Source of the DNA: an uncultured Candidatus Saccharibacteria bacterium
GTDB lineage: Bacteria; Patescibacteriota; Saccharimonadia; Saccharimonadales; EFPC-124
Direction of reading: 5' to 3'
DNA: 64,000 bases
Assembly: GCA_965225085.1 (NCBI GenBank)
Contig: CBDDBE010000004.1
Coordinates: 24,897 to 88,896, forward strand
Position numbers and translations under genes: made by a program. The notes under the pieces were generated by a model, which saw only the letters and a program-made list of their open reading frames with translations, did not search any database and was not told the DNA's origin. Below are positions 8,839-18,947 of this stretch, one piece after another. The first letter of the stretch is position 1, and every line of letters starts with the position of its first letter.

Positions 8839-10233
8839 TTATTCGTGATATTTATCGAGCGTCATGAACTTCAAACGCTCTGGGTGGAAGAACAGCTCAA
8901 CTTTGCCAACTGGTCCGTTACGATGCTTGGCGATGATGAGATCGGTGATGTTCTGGCGCTCGGTTTCGGGCTTGTAGTACTGCTCGCGATAAATGAACAT
9001 CACAATGTCGGCGTCTTGCTCGATAGATCCAGATTCACGCAAGTCCGACAGCTGCGGGATTTGTGGGCTGCGGGATTCCACGGACCGACTTAACTGGCTT
9101 AGGCCAATGACTGGAACGTTAAGTTCGCGGGCGATAAGCTTGAGGCCACGGGAGATCTCGCTCACCTCTTGCACGCGATTCTCGCTACCTCTACTACCAC
9201 TTCCCTGCATCAGCTGCAAGTAGTCGACGATGATAAGCCCCAGCGGCTGTGAATGCGCCTGGCGTCGAGCCTTTGTGCGCATTTCTAGGACGGTCACGCC
9301 CGGTGTGTCGTCGATAAATATTGGTGCTTCGGCCATCTCGCCCATGGCGTTGCTGAGTTTTTCGAAATCCTCATCGCTGAGGTTGCCTGTGCGGATGTTC
9401 CAGCTGTCTACCCCTGCGGCATCAGCAAGCATACGGTCAACCAGCTGTTCTTTGCTCATCTCGAGGCTAAAGAATAGCACAGCTTGTTTGGCCTTGCTGG
9501 CGACGTTGTAGGCTAGGTTGGTGACAAGGGTGGTCTTACCCATGGCCGGACGGGCGGCCAGGATGATGAGGTCAGAGCGTTGCAGGCCGGCGGTCATGTT
9601 GTCGAGGTCGCGCCAGCCGGTTGGTACGCCGCGAATCTGCCCCTTGTTTTTGTGGAGTTCATCTAACCGGTCAAAGCTTTCGCCCAGGATTTGTTCCAGG
9701 CTGACGAGGTCGTTTTTGAGATTTTTATCGCTGACTGCAAAGATTTCGGCCTCGGCGGTGGCAAGCAGCTCGTCCACGATATGCTCTTCGTCATATCCGA
9801 GTTCTGCAACCTCTCCGGCGACTTTGATAAGGCGTCGTCGCATGGCTTTTTGGGTGATGATTTCGGCATAATGTTCGGCGTTGGCTGCAGTCGGGACCAT
9901 GTTGGTGAGCTCGGTCAGATAATCCATGCCACCAACCATCTCTAGTTCGTCCTTTTTCTTCAGCTCGTCGCTGAGCGTCAGAATGTCGACCGGTTTGTGC
10001 GACTCGTATAGCTTGAGCATGCCAGCAAAGATAGTGCTGTGTCGTTTGTCGTAGAAATCATCAACATGCAGGATGTCGCTGACACGCGTGAGCACATCGT
10101 CGTCGATAAGCACGGCACCTAGCAAGCTGACCTCGGCGTCGAGGTTCTGGGGCGGGATTTTGGCGGCGCTGCTTTTGCGAGCGGGCTTGTCGTCGTAGGG
10201 TTTTTTGTTAGGCATGCACGACTTCTCCGCCAC
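8839..10233 (-). CDS. dnaB: replicative DNA helicase DnaB
   Basis: PPQNLDAEVSLLGAVL N-terminal domain, Walker A (ARPAMGKTT), and RecA-like C-terminal motifs (IIVDYLQLM, LSQLSR). An alternative start at 10215 overlaps the dnaX stop as ATGCCTAA. Confidence 0.95.
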   Translation of the reverse strand: MAEKSCMPNKKPYDDKPARKSSAAKIPPQNLDAEVSLLGAVLIDDDVLTRVSDILHVDDFYDKRHSTIFAGMLKLYESHKPVDILTLSDELKKKDELEMVGGMDYLTELTNMVPTAANAEHYAEIITQKAMRRRLIKVAGEVAELGYDEEHIVDELLATAEAEIFAVSDKNLKNDLVSLEQILGESFDRLDELHKNKGQIRGVPTGWRDLDNMTAGLQRSDLIILAARPAMGKTTLVTNLAYNVASKAKQAVLFFSLEMSKEQLVDRMLADAAGVDSWNIRTGNLSDEDFEKLSNAMGEMAEAPIFIDDTPGVTVLEMRTKARRQAHSQPLGLIIVDYLQLMQGSGSRGSENRVQEVSEISRGLKLIARELNVPVIGLSQLSRSVESRSPQIPQLSDLRESGSIEQDADIVMFIYREQYYKPETERQNITDLIIAKHRNGPVGKVELFFHPERLKFMTLDKYHE

Positions 10234-11704
10234 CCATCATGGCTATGACCTTATCGGCGGCCTGATCGGTAGCTGGCTTGGCCTCTGCGGCTGTAGGCTT
10301 CGGTGCTGCGACCGGAGTTGGTGCTTCGGTATTGGCATCGATGACGGTCCTAATGATGGGTGCGCCACCTAGCAGGTCGAGCATAAGCGTGGTGAGGATT
10401 TTTTTGCCCTTCGCATCGTCGATTTTTCGACGATGCAGAGCGTATTTGAACGATAGCGTTAGGGTCTGGGTGGGCTCATCAAAAACGGGTTGAGCAAGGC
10501 GAAGTGCCCCATGCAGCGGTGCACTCTGGTCTTTCATGCTGGCCACGATTTGCGCCCATTGGTCGTCGCTAATGCCGGTAAGTGTACTGCCCTGAGCTTT
10601 CTCGAGAGCATCGACAGCTTGACTGGCGCTCGGCTTTTTGGGCACCTGAGGCATTTTTTCTATGCTGAGAGCGGGCTTGGCGATGACCGCTTGCGACGGT
10701 TTGGTGACAGGCTTGGCTGCGGAGGTCGGTGTTGCTGGCGACGCTATGGGTGTGATCGATGCCGACGGCAATGCAAAACGAACCAGCGTGGTGCGTAACT
10801 TCAGCTTGGGGTTGTGCGAACGCGGTACATCAATAAGCTGATCCAGCAGCTCGAACAACTGTGGGTGCTCGGCGGCTTGACCTTGCAGACTGCGAATGAG
10901 CTGAGGGATAAGTGACGTGGTATTGGCCCCTTGGTTTTCGAGCTCCGTCAGGCCGGTGTTGATCGCCAGGAAGTCATGTTGTAGTACTGAACGCACCAGG
11001 CTGTCGATGGCCTTTTGGGACGCCAACCCCATGCTGCGCCCAACGCTCGCGCCATCAATCACCCCACCACTCACGTTGGCGAGCTGGTCTAGCAGGTTGA
11101 TACTGTCGCGGAAGCTACCCTCGCCATGAGCGGCAATCATCTGTAGCGCTTCGTCGTCAACGGTGATGTGTTCTTTGTCGGCGATAGTTCGCAGATGTGC
11201 TATAACCTCTGCCTCGTCATATAGCCTGAAGTTATATCGCTGCGTGCGGCTGATAATGGTCGCTGGCAGTTTGTGCACCTCTGTGGTGGCCAAAATAAAC
11301 ACTACATGCTCGGGCGGCTCCTCGAGTGTCTTAAGGAGCGCGTTAAACGATTCATTGGTCAGCATGTGTACCTCATCTATGATATACACTTTGTAAGCAG
11401 CGCTGGTTGGGGCGATGTGCACGCGGTCGCGCAGATCGCGAATGTCATCTATCCGGCGGTTGCTGGCCGCATCGATCTCGATAATATCTAAATGCTGCGT
11501 CCCATCATACGGCAGATGGTTGATTTCGTGTGCGAGGATACGGGCAGCGCTGGTCTTGCCGACGCCCCGTGGCCCCGTGAACAGATAGGCATGGCTAATA
11601 CGCCCGCTGCTAATTGAATTTTTTAGCGCGTCGGTAATGTGCCTTTGACCAATCATCTCATCGAGCGTCTTGGATCGGTATTTGCGGTATAAAGCTTGCC
11701 CCAT
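10208..11704 (-). CDS. dnaX: DNA polymerase III subunit gamma/tau
   Basis: ALYRKYRSKTLDEMIGQ start, Walker A (GPRGVGKTS), DEVHML, and SRTQRYNF sensor motif. ATG at 11704 fits homolog N-termini better than the GTG at 11734. Confidence 0.9.
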   Translation of the reverse strand: MGQALYRKYRSKTLDEMIGQRHITDALKNSISSGRISHAYLFTGPRGVGKTSAARILAHEINHLPYDGTQHLDIIEIDAASNRRIDDIRDLRDRVHIAPTSAAYKVYIIDEVHMLTNESFNALLKTLEEPPEHVVFILATTEVHKLPATIISRTQRYNFRLYDEAEVIAHLRTIADKEHITVDDEALQMIAAHGEGSFRDSINLLDQLANVSGGVIDGASVGRSMGLASQKAIDSLVRSVLQHDFLAINTGLTELENQGANTTSLIPQLIRSLQGQAAEHPQLFELLDQLIDVPRSHNPKLKLRTTLVRFALPSASITPIASPATPTSAAKPVTKPSQAVIAKPALSIEKMPQVPKKPSASQAVDALEKAQGSTLTGISDDQWAQIVASMKDQSAPLHGALRLAQPVFDEPTQTLTLSFKYALHRRKIDDAKGKKILTTLMLDLLGGAPIIRTVIDANTEAPTPVAAPKPTAAEAKPATDQAADKVIAMMGGGEVVHA

Positions 11705-11880
11705 AGGTAAATAATGCGTCCTTTTGCTAGTCACCCTCCACGATGCCTGCCACTATCATAGCAGAGTAGATGACTGGCGAATATTGTCGATATTACACGT
11801 ATGCGACCGGCAAACATGCTATTGGTTAAAACACGCGCAGGGCTTATAATGGCCTTAAAGATTAAGAGCGAGGGTCGTGA

Positions 11881-11979
11881 ATGGCGCGTTTGCCGGCAGT
11901 TGGAAGCGATAACGGCGTTTGGGGGTCTATCCTCAACGACTTTTTGAATGTTGAGCACAACACCGATGGTAGCCTAAAG
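11881..11979 (+). repeat. conserved 33-aa N-terminal module, copy 1
   Basis: MARLPAVGSDNGVWGSILNDFLNVEHNTDGSLK. Compare copies at 36333, 40540 and 54746(-). Confidence 0.85.
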
Positions 11980-13737
11980 ATTCGCACCGACGGTACGTTT
12001 TACAGTAAGCCATCTGGCGGCGTGCCCAAGACTGACCTTGCATCCAGCGTCCAGACATCACTTGGTAGCGCGGATAGTGCATTGCAGCCCAGTGTTGCCA
12101 CGACAAAGGGCGACTTGCTGGTTGGCGCCAGCGCGGGTAATGTGTCGAGATTTGGCATCGGCAGTGATACACAGGTCCTGACCGCTGATTCCAGTCAGGC
12201 ACTCGGTGTTCGATGGGGTACGCCTACCTCAACCGATGTCAATGCGGTGCATCATGGCGATTTGGTATACAACATCGTAGACTACGGGGCTACTACCGGA
12301 TCGTCCGATAACGCCACGGCCATCAATAATGCTTTGGCGGCTGCGGCGGCGAGCGGCGGCATCGTCTACTTCCCACCCGGCACCTGGAAGACGACGGGTA
12401 ATCATGTCATCCCTATCAACGTATCGCTGATTGGCGCAGGCAAGGGCATTACGACTATCAGCCACCGAGGTATCGGCACGTATTGTTTATTTGTAGGAAG
12501 CACGAACGGCGGCGCTAGTCCTCCATCGTATATGGGGATGGTCGGACACTTTACTATGACTGGCCAGTCCGGCGGTAATGGCACCGGCAGCTGGGGGCAG
12601 CAGATTGGCATTAAGGTGCTGAACTGTATATTTTTCAACCTACAAGACATCCACATGGTGGTCATCTACAAAGGCTTCTTGATAGACGGTGGCGATGAGG
12701 TTGCACTAGGCGCCGGTACGTTTTCGGGCAATGGATATGTATCGAACTGCACAGCCTCAAATGTGTACATTGGGTTTCACATTTATCGTTGGGTGACCGG
12801 GAGCGTTTTCTCTTATCTGTTTGCATACGGCGGGTCGGGCTTACTGGCTGGTTCAACCGGACTTTGGATCGACAACAAGGCTTCTACGTCCACCTTCATC
12901 ACGCCGTCGGTTGAGGGTTACGACGTTGGCATTCAGATCGGGACAAGCCAGCAGGGCATTACATTCATCAATCCCCGCCTCGAAAACTGCAACACGTATG
13001 TGTCATGGCTTAATAACACGTGGGGGCACACCATCATCGGTGGTTCGCAGATTGCCGGCAACTGGCCAGCGGGTACCAAAGCTGGCGCGAATACTCAGAT
13101 TAACGAAAACGGCTGGTTCCAAGAGATCGGTAGCCTGCCCGCTCCAACTTCTTCGTACGCCAAGGCGATCTATCGGGTGCTTGGCAACGGCACGACAGAC
13201 GACACTGTTAGCATCTGTATTCAGACGTCAAGCGGCGCATACGCCTGGCGTAACATCGTCTCGGCTAGCGGCGGCGGAGGCGGTACGTCGTTGCTTGCGG
13301 TCAAGACGTACAACCCTGTTAGCCAGACTAAGCTTTCGACGACAGCCAACACGACCACATTCCAAGACATTGACGCGACCAACCTGGCAGTGACATTTAC
13401 CGCTCCAAGCTCCGGGCAGGTACTTGTCAAGTTGACTGGCCTGGTTAGCCGTTCTGGGACGAGTCCATCACTTGATGTGTTCTGGAACTTGCGAGATACG
13501 GGTGGCAGCAATGTAGCTGGGACTGGCGGTCGCGTATTTACGAACACGGGGTTGTTTATTTCATGCTCACTTACACAAACGGTTTCAGGGCTGACGCCAG
13601 GCAATAGCTATACCTGGCGTTGGGGCCACCGTGCCAGTGCGGCTGGTAGCGACTGGACAGCCGACCTGCGTGTTGGCGGTGATCCTACGACATCCAACGG
13701 TAACGCACCCGCGACGATGGAGATATGGAGTGCCTAA
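11881..13737 (+). CDS. beta-helix (pectate-lyase-superfamily/tailspike-like) protein, family copy 1
   Basis: Carries the conserved N-module, then YNIVDYGATTGSSDNATAINNALAAAAASGGIVYFPPGTW (Pectate_lyase_3-like). This is followed by beta-helix-like repeats and a C-terminal beta-rich domain. No signal peptide visible. Confidence 0.7.
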   Translation: MARLPAVGSDNGVWGSILNDFLNVEHNTDGSLKIRTDGTFYSKPSGGVPKTDLASSVQTSLGSADSALQPSVATTKGDLLVGASAGNVSRFGIGSDTQVLTADSSQALGVRWGTPTSTDVNAVHHGDLVYNIVDYGATTGSSDNATAINNALAAAAASGGIVYFPPGTWKTTGNHVIPINVSLIGAGKGITTISHRGIGTYCLFVGSTNGGASPPSYMGMVGHFTMTGQSGGNGTGSWGQQIGIKVLNCIFFNLQDIHMVVIYKGFLIDGGDEVALGAGTFSGNGYVSNCTASNVYIGFHIYRWVTGSVFSYLFAYGGSGLLAGSTGLWIDNKASTSTFITPSVEGYDVGIQIGTSQQGITFINPRLENCNTYVSWLNNTWGHTIIGGSQIAGNWPAGTKAGANTQINENGWFQEIGSLPAPTSSYAKAIYRVLGNGTTDDTVSICIQTSSGAYAWRNIVSASGGGGGTSLLAVKTYNPVSQTKLSTTANTTTFQDIDATNLAVTFTAPSSGQVLVKLTGLVSRSGTSPSLDVFWNLRDTGGSNVAGTGGRVFTNTGLFISCSLTQTVSGLTPGNSYTWRWGHRASAAGSDWTADLRVGGDPTTSNGNAPATMEIWSA

Positions 13738-13787
13738 AGATTCTTCATCTGGTATGATGGTATAAATACGTAAAAAATAGGACTCTC

Positions 13788-15476
13788 ATGGAACAAGCCG
13801 CCGCGCATCATGCCAGCACATTTACCGACAAGCAAAAGAAGATAGCTCTGCTGATCGTTGCTTTTGCGTTCGTCATGGATCTGCTAGACTCAACAATCGT
13901 TAACATTGCTATCCCCTCTATCCAGGGCAACCTGGGTGCAACCTACTCGGCAATTCAGTGGTTGGTTGCGGGCTACTCCCTTACCTTTGCGCTGCTGCTG
14001 ATCACTGGTGGTCGCATGGGTGACGTATTTGGGTACAAGAAGGTCTTTATGTTCGGCATCGGCGGCTTTACTATTGCGTCGCTTTTGGCGGGCCTCGCTC
14101 CGAACATTGAGTTCTTGGTTGGCGCTCGTTTGCTTCAGGGCTCGATGGCTGCCCTGATGGTACCGCAGGTCATGTCCCTGATGCAGGTGATGTACAAGCC
14201 AAAGGAACGTGCCGGAGTAATGGGGCTTTTTGGTATGCTTGGTGGTCTGAGCGCGTCGCTCGGTCCGATCATTGGTGGTTTGCTTATCAAGGCGAATCTT
14301 TTTGGTTGGGATTGGCGGCCGATTTTCCTGATCAACCTGCCTGTCGGTATTTTCGCAATTCTGGCTGGCTTGAAGTACCTTCCGAATGGCAAGTCCGTAC
14401 ACCCTCTGCATATAGACATCAAGGGAACGTTGCTGATCGTCCTGGCTCTCAGCCTCTTGGTCTTCCCGCTGATCGAAGGTCGCGACATGGACTGGCCGAT
14501 GTGGACGATAGTCATGTTGGCTACATCCATTCCGGCACTCGCCTTCTTTGGATGGTACGAAGTGCGCAAGGATCGTCGTGATCAGTCGGCGCTTATCGTT
14601 CCGGCACTGTTCAAGGTTAAGACCTTTGCAAGTGGACTACTGCTAAACATTATGGTTGAGTCCATTATGATCGGCTACTTCCTGACGATTACTTTGGTGC
14701 TGCAAGTCGGGCTTGGGTATACTCCGATCAAGGCAGCATTGACGGGCATCCCCACGGCCGTCGGCATGACAATTGGCTTCGCCGTACTGGGCCAGAAACT
14801 GATTGCCCAGTTTGGGCGTAATGTCATCGGTATGGGCGCGGCAGTTTTTGCGGCGGGTTTGATTTATGCAACCTGGGTCGTCACTAACTTTGGCGTCGAT
14901 GCAAATCCTTGGGAGTTTTTGCCTGGACTGTTGATTTTGGGCATTGGCCTGTCGCTTATTATGATTCCGATCTTTTCGGCTGCCCTGCAGGATGTTGACC
15001 CCGGTCATGCCGGTTCGGCATCAGGTATATTGAACGCCGTGCAGCAAGTTGGCGCAGCAATCGGTGTCGCTGTCATTGGTGTAATCTTCTTTGGACAGTT
15101 GGATCATGGAGCTATGCAGAGCTATAATGACCAGACCGTAAAGCTTCGTGAGGGCTTGAGCTCACTCGAGATCCCGGTTCCACTGCAGGACGCAATCGTA
15201 GCGCAAAGCCGCGATTGTTTCCATGACCACATTATTCAGAAAGACCCTAGCACGGAACCTGCTAGTTGCAAGATGGCCGAGCAAGCAACTCCGCAGAACG
15301 GCCAGCTTGGCAAGAAAGTTGGCGAAGCTGTACTAGCGAGCGTGAAAGCGGCCAATGCCGAGAACTTCGCAACTGCATTTCGATCAAGCGTCGTGTATGT
15401 TACGGTTTTGTTGTTCGTTATCTGCGGATTGAGCCTCCTGCTTCCCCGCAAGTTTCAGCTTAACCAAGAAATGTAA
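13788..15476 (+). CDS. MFS transporter, DHA2 (EmrB/QacA-like, 14-TMS) drug:H+ antiporter family
   Basis: LDSTIVNIAIPSI and GGRMGDVFGYKK motifs. About 14 hydrophobic segments, 562 aa. Confidence 0.85.
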   Translation: MEQAAAHHASTFTDKQKKIALLIVAFAFVMDLLDSTIVNIAIPSIQGNLGATYSAIQWLVAGYSLTFALLLITGGRMGDVFGYKKVFMFGIGGFTIASLLAGLAPNIEFLVGARLLQGSMAALMVPQVMSLMQVMYKPKERAGVMGLFGMLGGLSASLGPIIGGLLIKANLFGWDWRPIFLINLPVGIFAILAGLKYLPNGKSVHPLHIDIKGTLLIVLALSLLVFPLIEGRDMDWPMWTIVMLATSIPALAFFGWYEVRKDRRDQSALIVPALFKVKTFASGLLLNIMVESIMIGYFLTITLVLQVGLGYTPIKAALTGIPTAVGMTIGFAVLGQKLIAQFGRNVIGMGAAVFAAGLIYATWVVTNFGVDANPWEFLPGLLILGIGLSLIMIPIFSAALQDVDPGHAGSASGILNAVQQVGAAIGVAVIGVIFFGQLDHGAMQSYNDQTVKLREGLSSLEIPVPLQDAIVAQSRDCFHDHIIQKDPSTEPASCKMAEQATPQNGQLGKKVGEAVLASVKAANAENFATAFRSSVVYVTVLLFVICGLSLLLPRKFQLNQEM

Positions 15477-15554
15477 TAGCCTGCTTTGCTATGGAGGCTT
15501 AGGTTTTCCTGCGGTGTAGAGTATAATAAGGAATAACATAAGCAGGATACTTCT

Positions 15555-15998
15555 ATGGAAGAGAATCTTTCTCCTATTCAACCCAGCCCCCAGCAGGACA
15601 CGCCACCACCGGCACAGCCTCAGCCAAGCTCCGGCCCCACTACTCCGCCTTCAGCACCCGGCAACTCACCATCGCCCTCCCCGGCCATGTCGCCACAACA
15701 GAAGAACAATAAAATCTTGTGGATAGTTATCGCCGCCGTCGTTGTGATAATTGTCGCCGTTATTGCCTATGCTATGTGGTATGGTTCGAGCACTAAGGTG
15801 CCATCAACGTCCTCGACTCCTGCCGCTACAACGGCAAGCGTATCAACAGCCACGCCGGCCTCCCAGACAGACAACGGAAGTTTGCAGCAAGATACCAATG
15901 ACATTGACACGCAGGTCAATCAAGTTGGGCAAAGTCAAGCTGCTGCAGATGCAAGCCTGAACGATCAGCAAAATCAAATAGACGTGCCGACAAATTAG
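15555..15998 (+). CDS. hypothetical Pro-rich, single-pass membrane protein
   Basis: Pro/Ser-rich N-terminus, one TM segment (ILWIVIAAVVVIIVAVIAYAMWY), and a Ser/Thr/Gln-rich exterior tail. Confidence 0.45.
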   Translation: MEENLSPIQPSPQQDTPPPAQPQPSSGPTTPPSAPGNSPSPSPAMSPQQKNNKILWIVIAAVVVIIVAVIAYAMWYGSSTKVPSTSSTPAATTASVSTATPASQTDNGSLQQDTNDIDTQVNQVGQSQAAADASLNDQQNQIDVPTN

Positions 15999-16009
15999 GA
16001 GAGAAACAA

Positions 16010-16771
16010 ATGAAGATAACTCTGCGACGCACCGTTCCGTTCCTGGCCCTTGCAACGATTATTCTGTCATCGCCGGCAGTTTATGCCGAAACGACGACAA
16101 CTCATCCTGAAGTCAAGACGACGACTACCACAACAACAACCGACTCCAGCACGAAGGATGCTGACCGACTGGCAACAGTGAAGTCTCGAGGTGATGCCGA
16201 AATATCCCGTCGCCTGACGTCGCTTAATACCTTGGTCGCCAAGATCAACAGTACGGTCAAACTTTCTGCTGCCGACAAGGCGACGCTGACAAACGAAGTC
16301 ACGGCCGAGATAAGCAGCCTGACGGCGCTCAAGGCAAAGCTTGATGCCGAGACGAGTCTTTCGGCGGCATTTTTGGATGCGAAAAGCATCGTAGCTGACT
16401 ATCGCATTTACGCCCTTGTCGTCCCACAGATTGCATTATTGCGAACGGCCGACGAACAGCAAACGGTTGAAGCTAAATTGACTGCTGTAGCGACCAAGCT
16501 TCAGACGCGCATTCAGGAGGCTCAGACTGCAGGCAAGAATGTGTCTTCACTGCAAACGCTCCTCAGCGATATGCAGAGCAAAGTGCAGGCTGCACAGACA
16601 GTTACGTCCGGCGTCATCACTAAGATCGCGTCGCTGAAACCGGCCGACTACAATAGCGACCACAAGATCCTGAGCGGCTACCGCGATCAGCTCAAAACTG
16701 CCCATTCGGATAACGAAGCGGCGTTAACTGATGCTAAGAGCATCTTGACCGGGCTCAAGAGCTTGAAATAG
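16010..16771 (+). CDS. hypothetical secreted coiled-coil protein
   Basis: Signal-peptide-like N-terminus (FLALATIILSSPAVYA), a poly-Thr linker, and a long Ala/Lys/Thr/Leu-rich helical region. Confidence 0.5.
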   Translation: MKITLRRTVPFLALATIILSSPAVYAETTTTHPEVKTTTTTTTTDSSTKDADRLATVKSRGDAEISRRLTSLNTLVAKINSTVKLSAADKATLTNEVTAEISSLTALKAKLDAETSLSAAFLDAKSIVADYRIYALVVPQIALLRTADEQQTVEAKLTAVATKLQTRIQEAQTAGKNVSSLQTLLSDMQSKVQAAQTVTSGVITKIASLKPADYNSDHKILSGYRDQLKTAHSDNEAALTDAKSILTGLKSLK

Positions 16772-16794
16772 TTCTTGCCATGTGGGCTGCACAG

Positions 16795-16826
16795 AAAATG
16801 GCACTCCTGGTGGGTGCCATTTTCGT
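16795..16826. terminator. bidirectional rho-independent terminator
   Basis: AAAATGGCAC (16795-16804) pairs with GTGCCATTTT (16814-23). Lies between convergent genes. Confidence 0.5.
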
Positions 16827-16874
16827 ATAGGCCGGTGATTCAATTTTGAGCGACTGGATGTGCGCGGCTGCGAG

Positions 16875-17387
16875 CTACAACGCAGCTTCAATCGCTGCCC
16901 ATTCAGCTTCGCGGTGGTCCTCTGGCACAATAATGCTAATTTGGTCGCCAGTCTTGGCTTTGAAGTATGTGACACTAGCCAGGAGCACTCGGTATTCCCT
17001 ACCGCCAGCTTCGACGTAGTAAGCGCCATCATGCTGCATGAGCGTACCAATAATTTGCCTTCTGGCAACAGGACCGATCTGTTTATAGATAAACCCGCCG
17101 TCATCGGCGATGGTGAGTTTGAGGATGTCACCTTCGATGAGTTTGGATTTGCTGGCGTAGTTGGCTGGAACTGGGTATGTTTTGCCGTCAGGGCCAAGCA
17201 TGGTTTGTCCATCGAAGACACCTTCGATGACTTTCCCTGCGATGTCCTCGGTGCTGCTGCTGCGCATGACAATATCATCATCCCCAATGAGGCTGATGAG
17301 TAGTTCCTTGGCCGCAGCTAGACTGGTTTCGGCCTCCTGAATAAGCGACTTGAGTCGCTTTACTTGCTTCTCGGGTAAGTCAGACAT
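16875..17387 (-). CDS. conserved hypothetical protein
   Basis: ATG at 17387 (MSDLPEKQ) preferred over the listed 17477. N-terminal helix followed by a beta-rich domain (DGKTYPVPANYASKSKLIEGD). Function unknown. Confidence 0.5.
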   Translation of the reverse strand: MSDLPEKQVKRLKSLIQEAETSLAAAKELLISLIGDDDIVMRSSSTEDIAGKVIEGVFDGQTMLGPDGKTYPVPANYASKSKLIEGDILKLTIADDGGFIYKQIGPVARRQIIGTLMQHDGAYYVEAGGREYRVLLASVTYFKAKTGDQISIIVPEDHREAEWAAIEAAL

Positions 17388-17582
17388 GGTCTCGCAAATC
17401 CTATCTGTTTGTTTCTCTATGGTGATACTACTCGAAGCATACCGCATCATTATCGGGGTGTCAACAAATTTATCCACAGTTGCGCTATATCTAGCGTTAG
17501 CGGCGTGCGGTCCTCACTATTGCCTGCGCTAGCTGCCGACGCGGAGCCCGTTGTGTGGCGTTGTCGGGCGTACGCTCTTTAC

Positions 17583-17613
17583 AAAAAGACCACCCAGTGA
17601 GGGGTGGTCTTTT
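17583..17613 (-). terminator. rho-independent terminator downstream of rplL
   Basis: AGACCACCC (17587-95) pairs with GGGTGGTCT (17602-10). Flanked by an A-run and a T-run, so it is usable in both directions. Confidence 0.6.
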
Positions 17614-17654
17614 GCGTCTACGCATCTGGTCGATGGGTGGGCGAAGAACGCTGC

Positions 17655-18035
17655 TTAGGCGACTTCTACAGTTGCGCCAGCCTCTTCGAGGGCTTTCTTG
17701 GCGGTTTCTGCTTCGTCCTTGCTGACTTTCTCTTTGATTGCGCTAGGAGCGTTGTCAACTAGACCTTTGGCTTCACCAAGGCCGAGGCCGGTGAGCTCTT
17801 TGACAGCCTTGATAACTGCCACCTTCTGAGCACCAGCGTCCTTCAGGGTGACGGTGAACTCAGTCTTTTCGTCAGCAGCTGCACCAGCGTCAGCACCAGC
17901 AGCAGGACCAGCAACGGCTACAGCGGCAGCTGCAGGCTCGATGCCATATTCGTCCTTAAGGATTGTCTTCAGTTCGTTTACTTCGAGGACAGTTAGCTTT
18001 GTCAGCTCTTCTGCCATTTTCTTCAAATCAGCCAT
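17655..18035 (-). CDS. rplL: 50S ribosomal protein L7/L12
   Basis: ATG at 18035 (MADLKK) with AAAGGA upstream. Ala-rich hinge and the C-terminal [19 protein letters not shown] signature. Confidence 0.95.
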   Translation of the reverse strand: MADLKKMAEELTKLTVLEVNELKTILKDEYGIEPAAAAVAVAGPAAGADAGAAADEKTEFTVTLKDAGAQKVAVIKAVKELTGLGLGEAKGLVDNAPSAIKEKVSKDEAETAKKALEEAGATVEVA

Positions 18036-18161
18036 ATTGTTGATTCCTTTCAATTAATTAGCTGGGGTGGCGGTTGGCGGGGCAGCACCCAACTTTTTGA
18101 ATGTTTTGTTCAGAAATGTTGGGGCGGACCAACCGACAGGACCCCGGTCCTTGTCAAATTC

Positions 18162-18686
18162 TTAGGCCGTAGCCTTTGCCTCGATTCCATCCAGTAATGC
18201 GTGAAGGTTGCCTGAAAGGCCGTTCATCACGTCGTTTACTGGTGAAGCCAGGGTTGCAATGACCTGAGCGATCAGGTCATTCTTGCTTGGAAGCGTAGCT
18301 AATGCCTGTACCGCGGTCTCGTCAAGCAGTTTGCCTTCCGCGGAAATCGCACCCGTTAGCTTGAGGGCTTCGTGGGTTTTGGCAAATGTAGCCAAAACCT
18401 GAGCGGGCGAAACTTCATCTTCGGCGCTTGCGGCGTAGAGCAATTGACCCGTAAGGGCGCTTGCGTCAACGTCTTTAAGCGTTTCGGATTGCGAGAGGGC
18501 AACGCGAACGAGGCGGTTTTTGACAACCTTGATCGTCACACCAGCCTCGCGGGCAGCACGACGAAGTTCTTGGATATCGGCTACGCTCAATCCAGCGTAA
18601 CTGGCGAAAGCGGTCATCTTGGACTCGCCAAGAAGCTCGCTAAGTTCAGCCACAAGGGATTGTTTCTTGTCACGACTAATTGCCAT
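18162..18686 (-). CDS. rplJ: 50S ribosomal protein L10
   Basis: ATG at 18686 (MAISRDKK) with AGAGG 9 nt upstream. Typical L10 N-terminal domain. Directly upstream of rplL. Confidence 0.9.
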   Translation of the reverse strand: MAISRDKKQSLVAELSELLGESKMTAFASYAGLSVADIQELRRAAREAGVTIKVVKNRLVRVALSQSETLKDVDASALTGQLLYAASAEDEVSPAQVLATFAKTHEALKLTGAISAEGKLLDETAVQALATLPSKNDLIAQVIATLASPVNDVMNGLSGNLHALLDGIEAKATA

Positions 18687-18692
18687 GTTCAA

Positions 18693-18947
18693 AACCTCTA
18701 AATGTTACTTAGCAGGCGCGCTCATACATCATGTATGAAAAGCGCCTTGCGCTGTTAGTATTAATCGACCAGATTGTAAAATTGCGGTTTAACGAGCCTA
18801 AAGAAAAAGATCCTTGGTTCTCGCATTACCAACGACCTTTTTTCGGGAAGAAATACAGATATTTTTGTATGACTATCCTCGGTAGCAGATTAAGCGGTTT
18901 GGCCGCAGCTACTGTCTTCGGTAATGGTCATGATGTAGTTTATACAA
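18693..18947 (-). promoter_or_regulatory. candidate L10 (rplJ) leader with attenuator hairpin
   Basis: 255-nt untranslated gap upstream of rplJ. Minus-strand hairpin AGCGC-AAG-GCGCT followed by TTTTC (18736-18754), plus a longer GTAGCTGCGG...CCGC...GCTAC structure. Not checked against a covariance model. Confidence 0.3.

Noticed and set aside
10391-10410. A7 run (GGC AAA AAA ATC) inside dnaX, considered as a programmed -1 frameshift site producing a gamma-like short product.
   Set aside because: The run is not in the X XXY YYZ register. It lies near the extreme C-terminus (about residue 440 of 498). I saw no downstream stimulatory hairpin. It is most likely just Lys-Lys codons.
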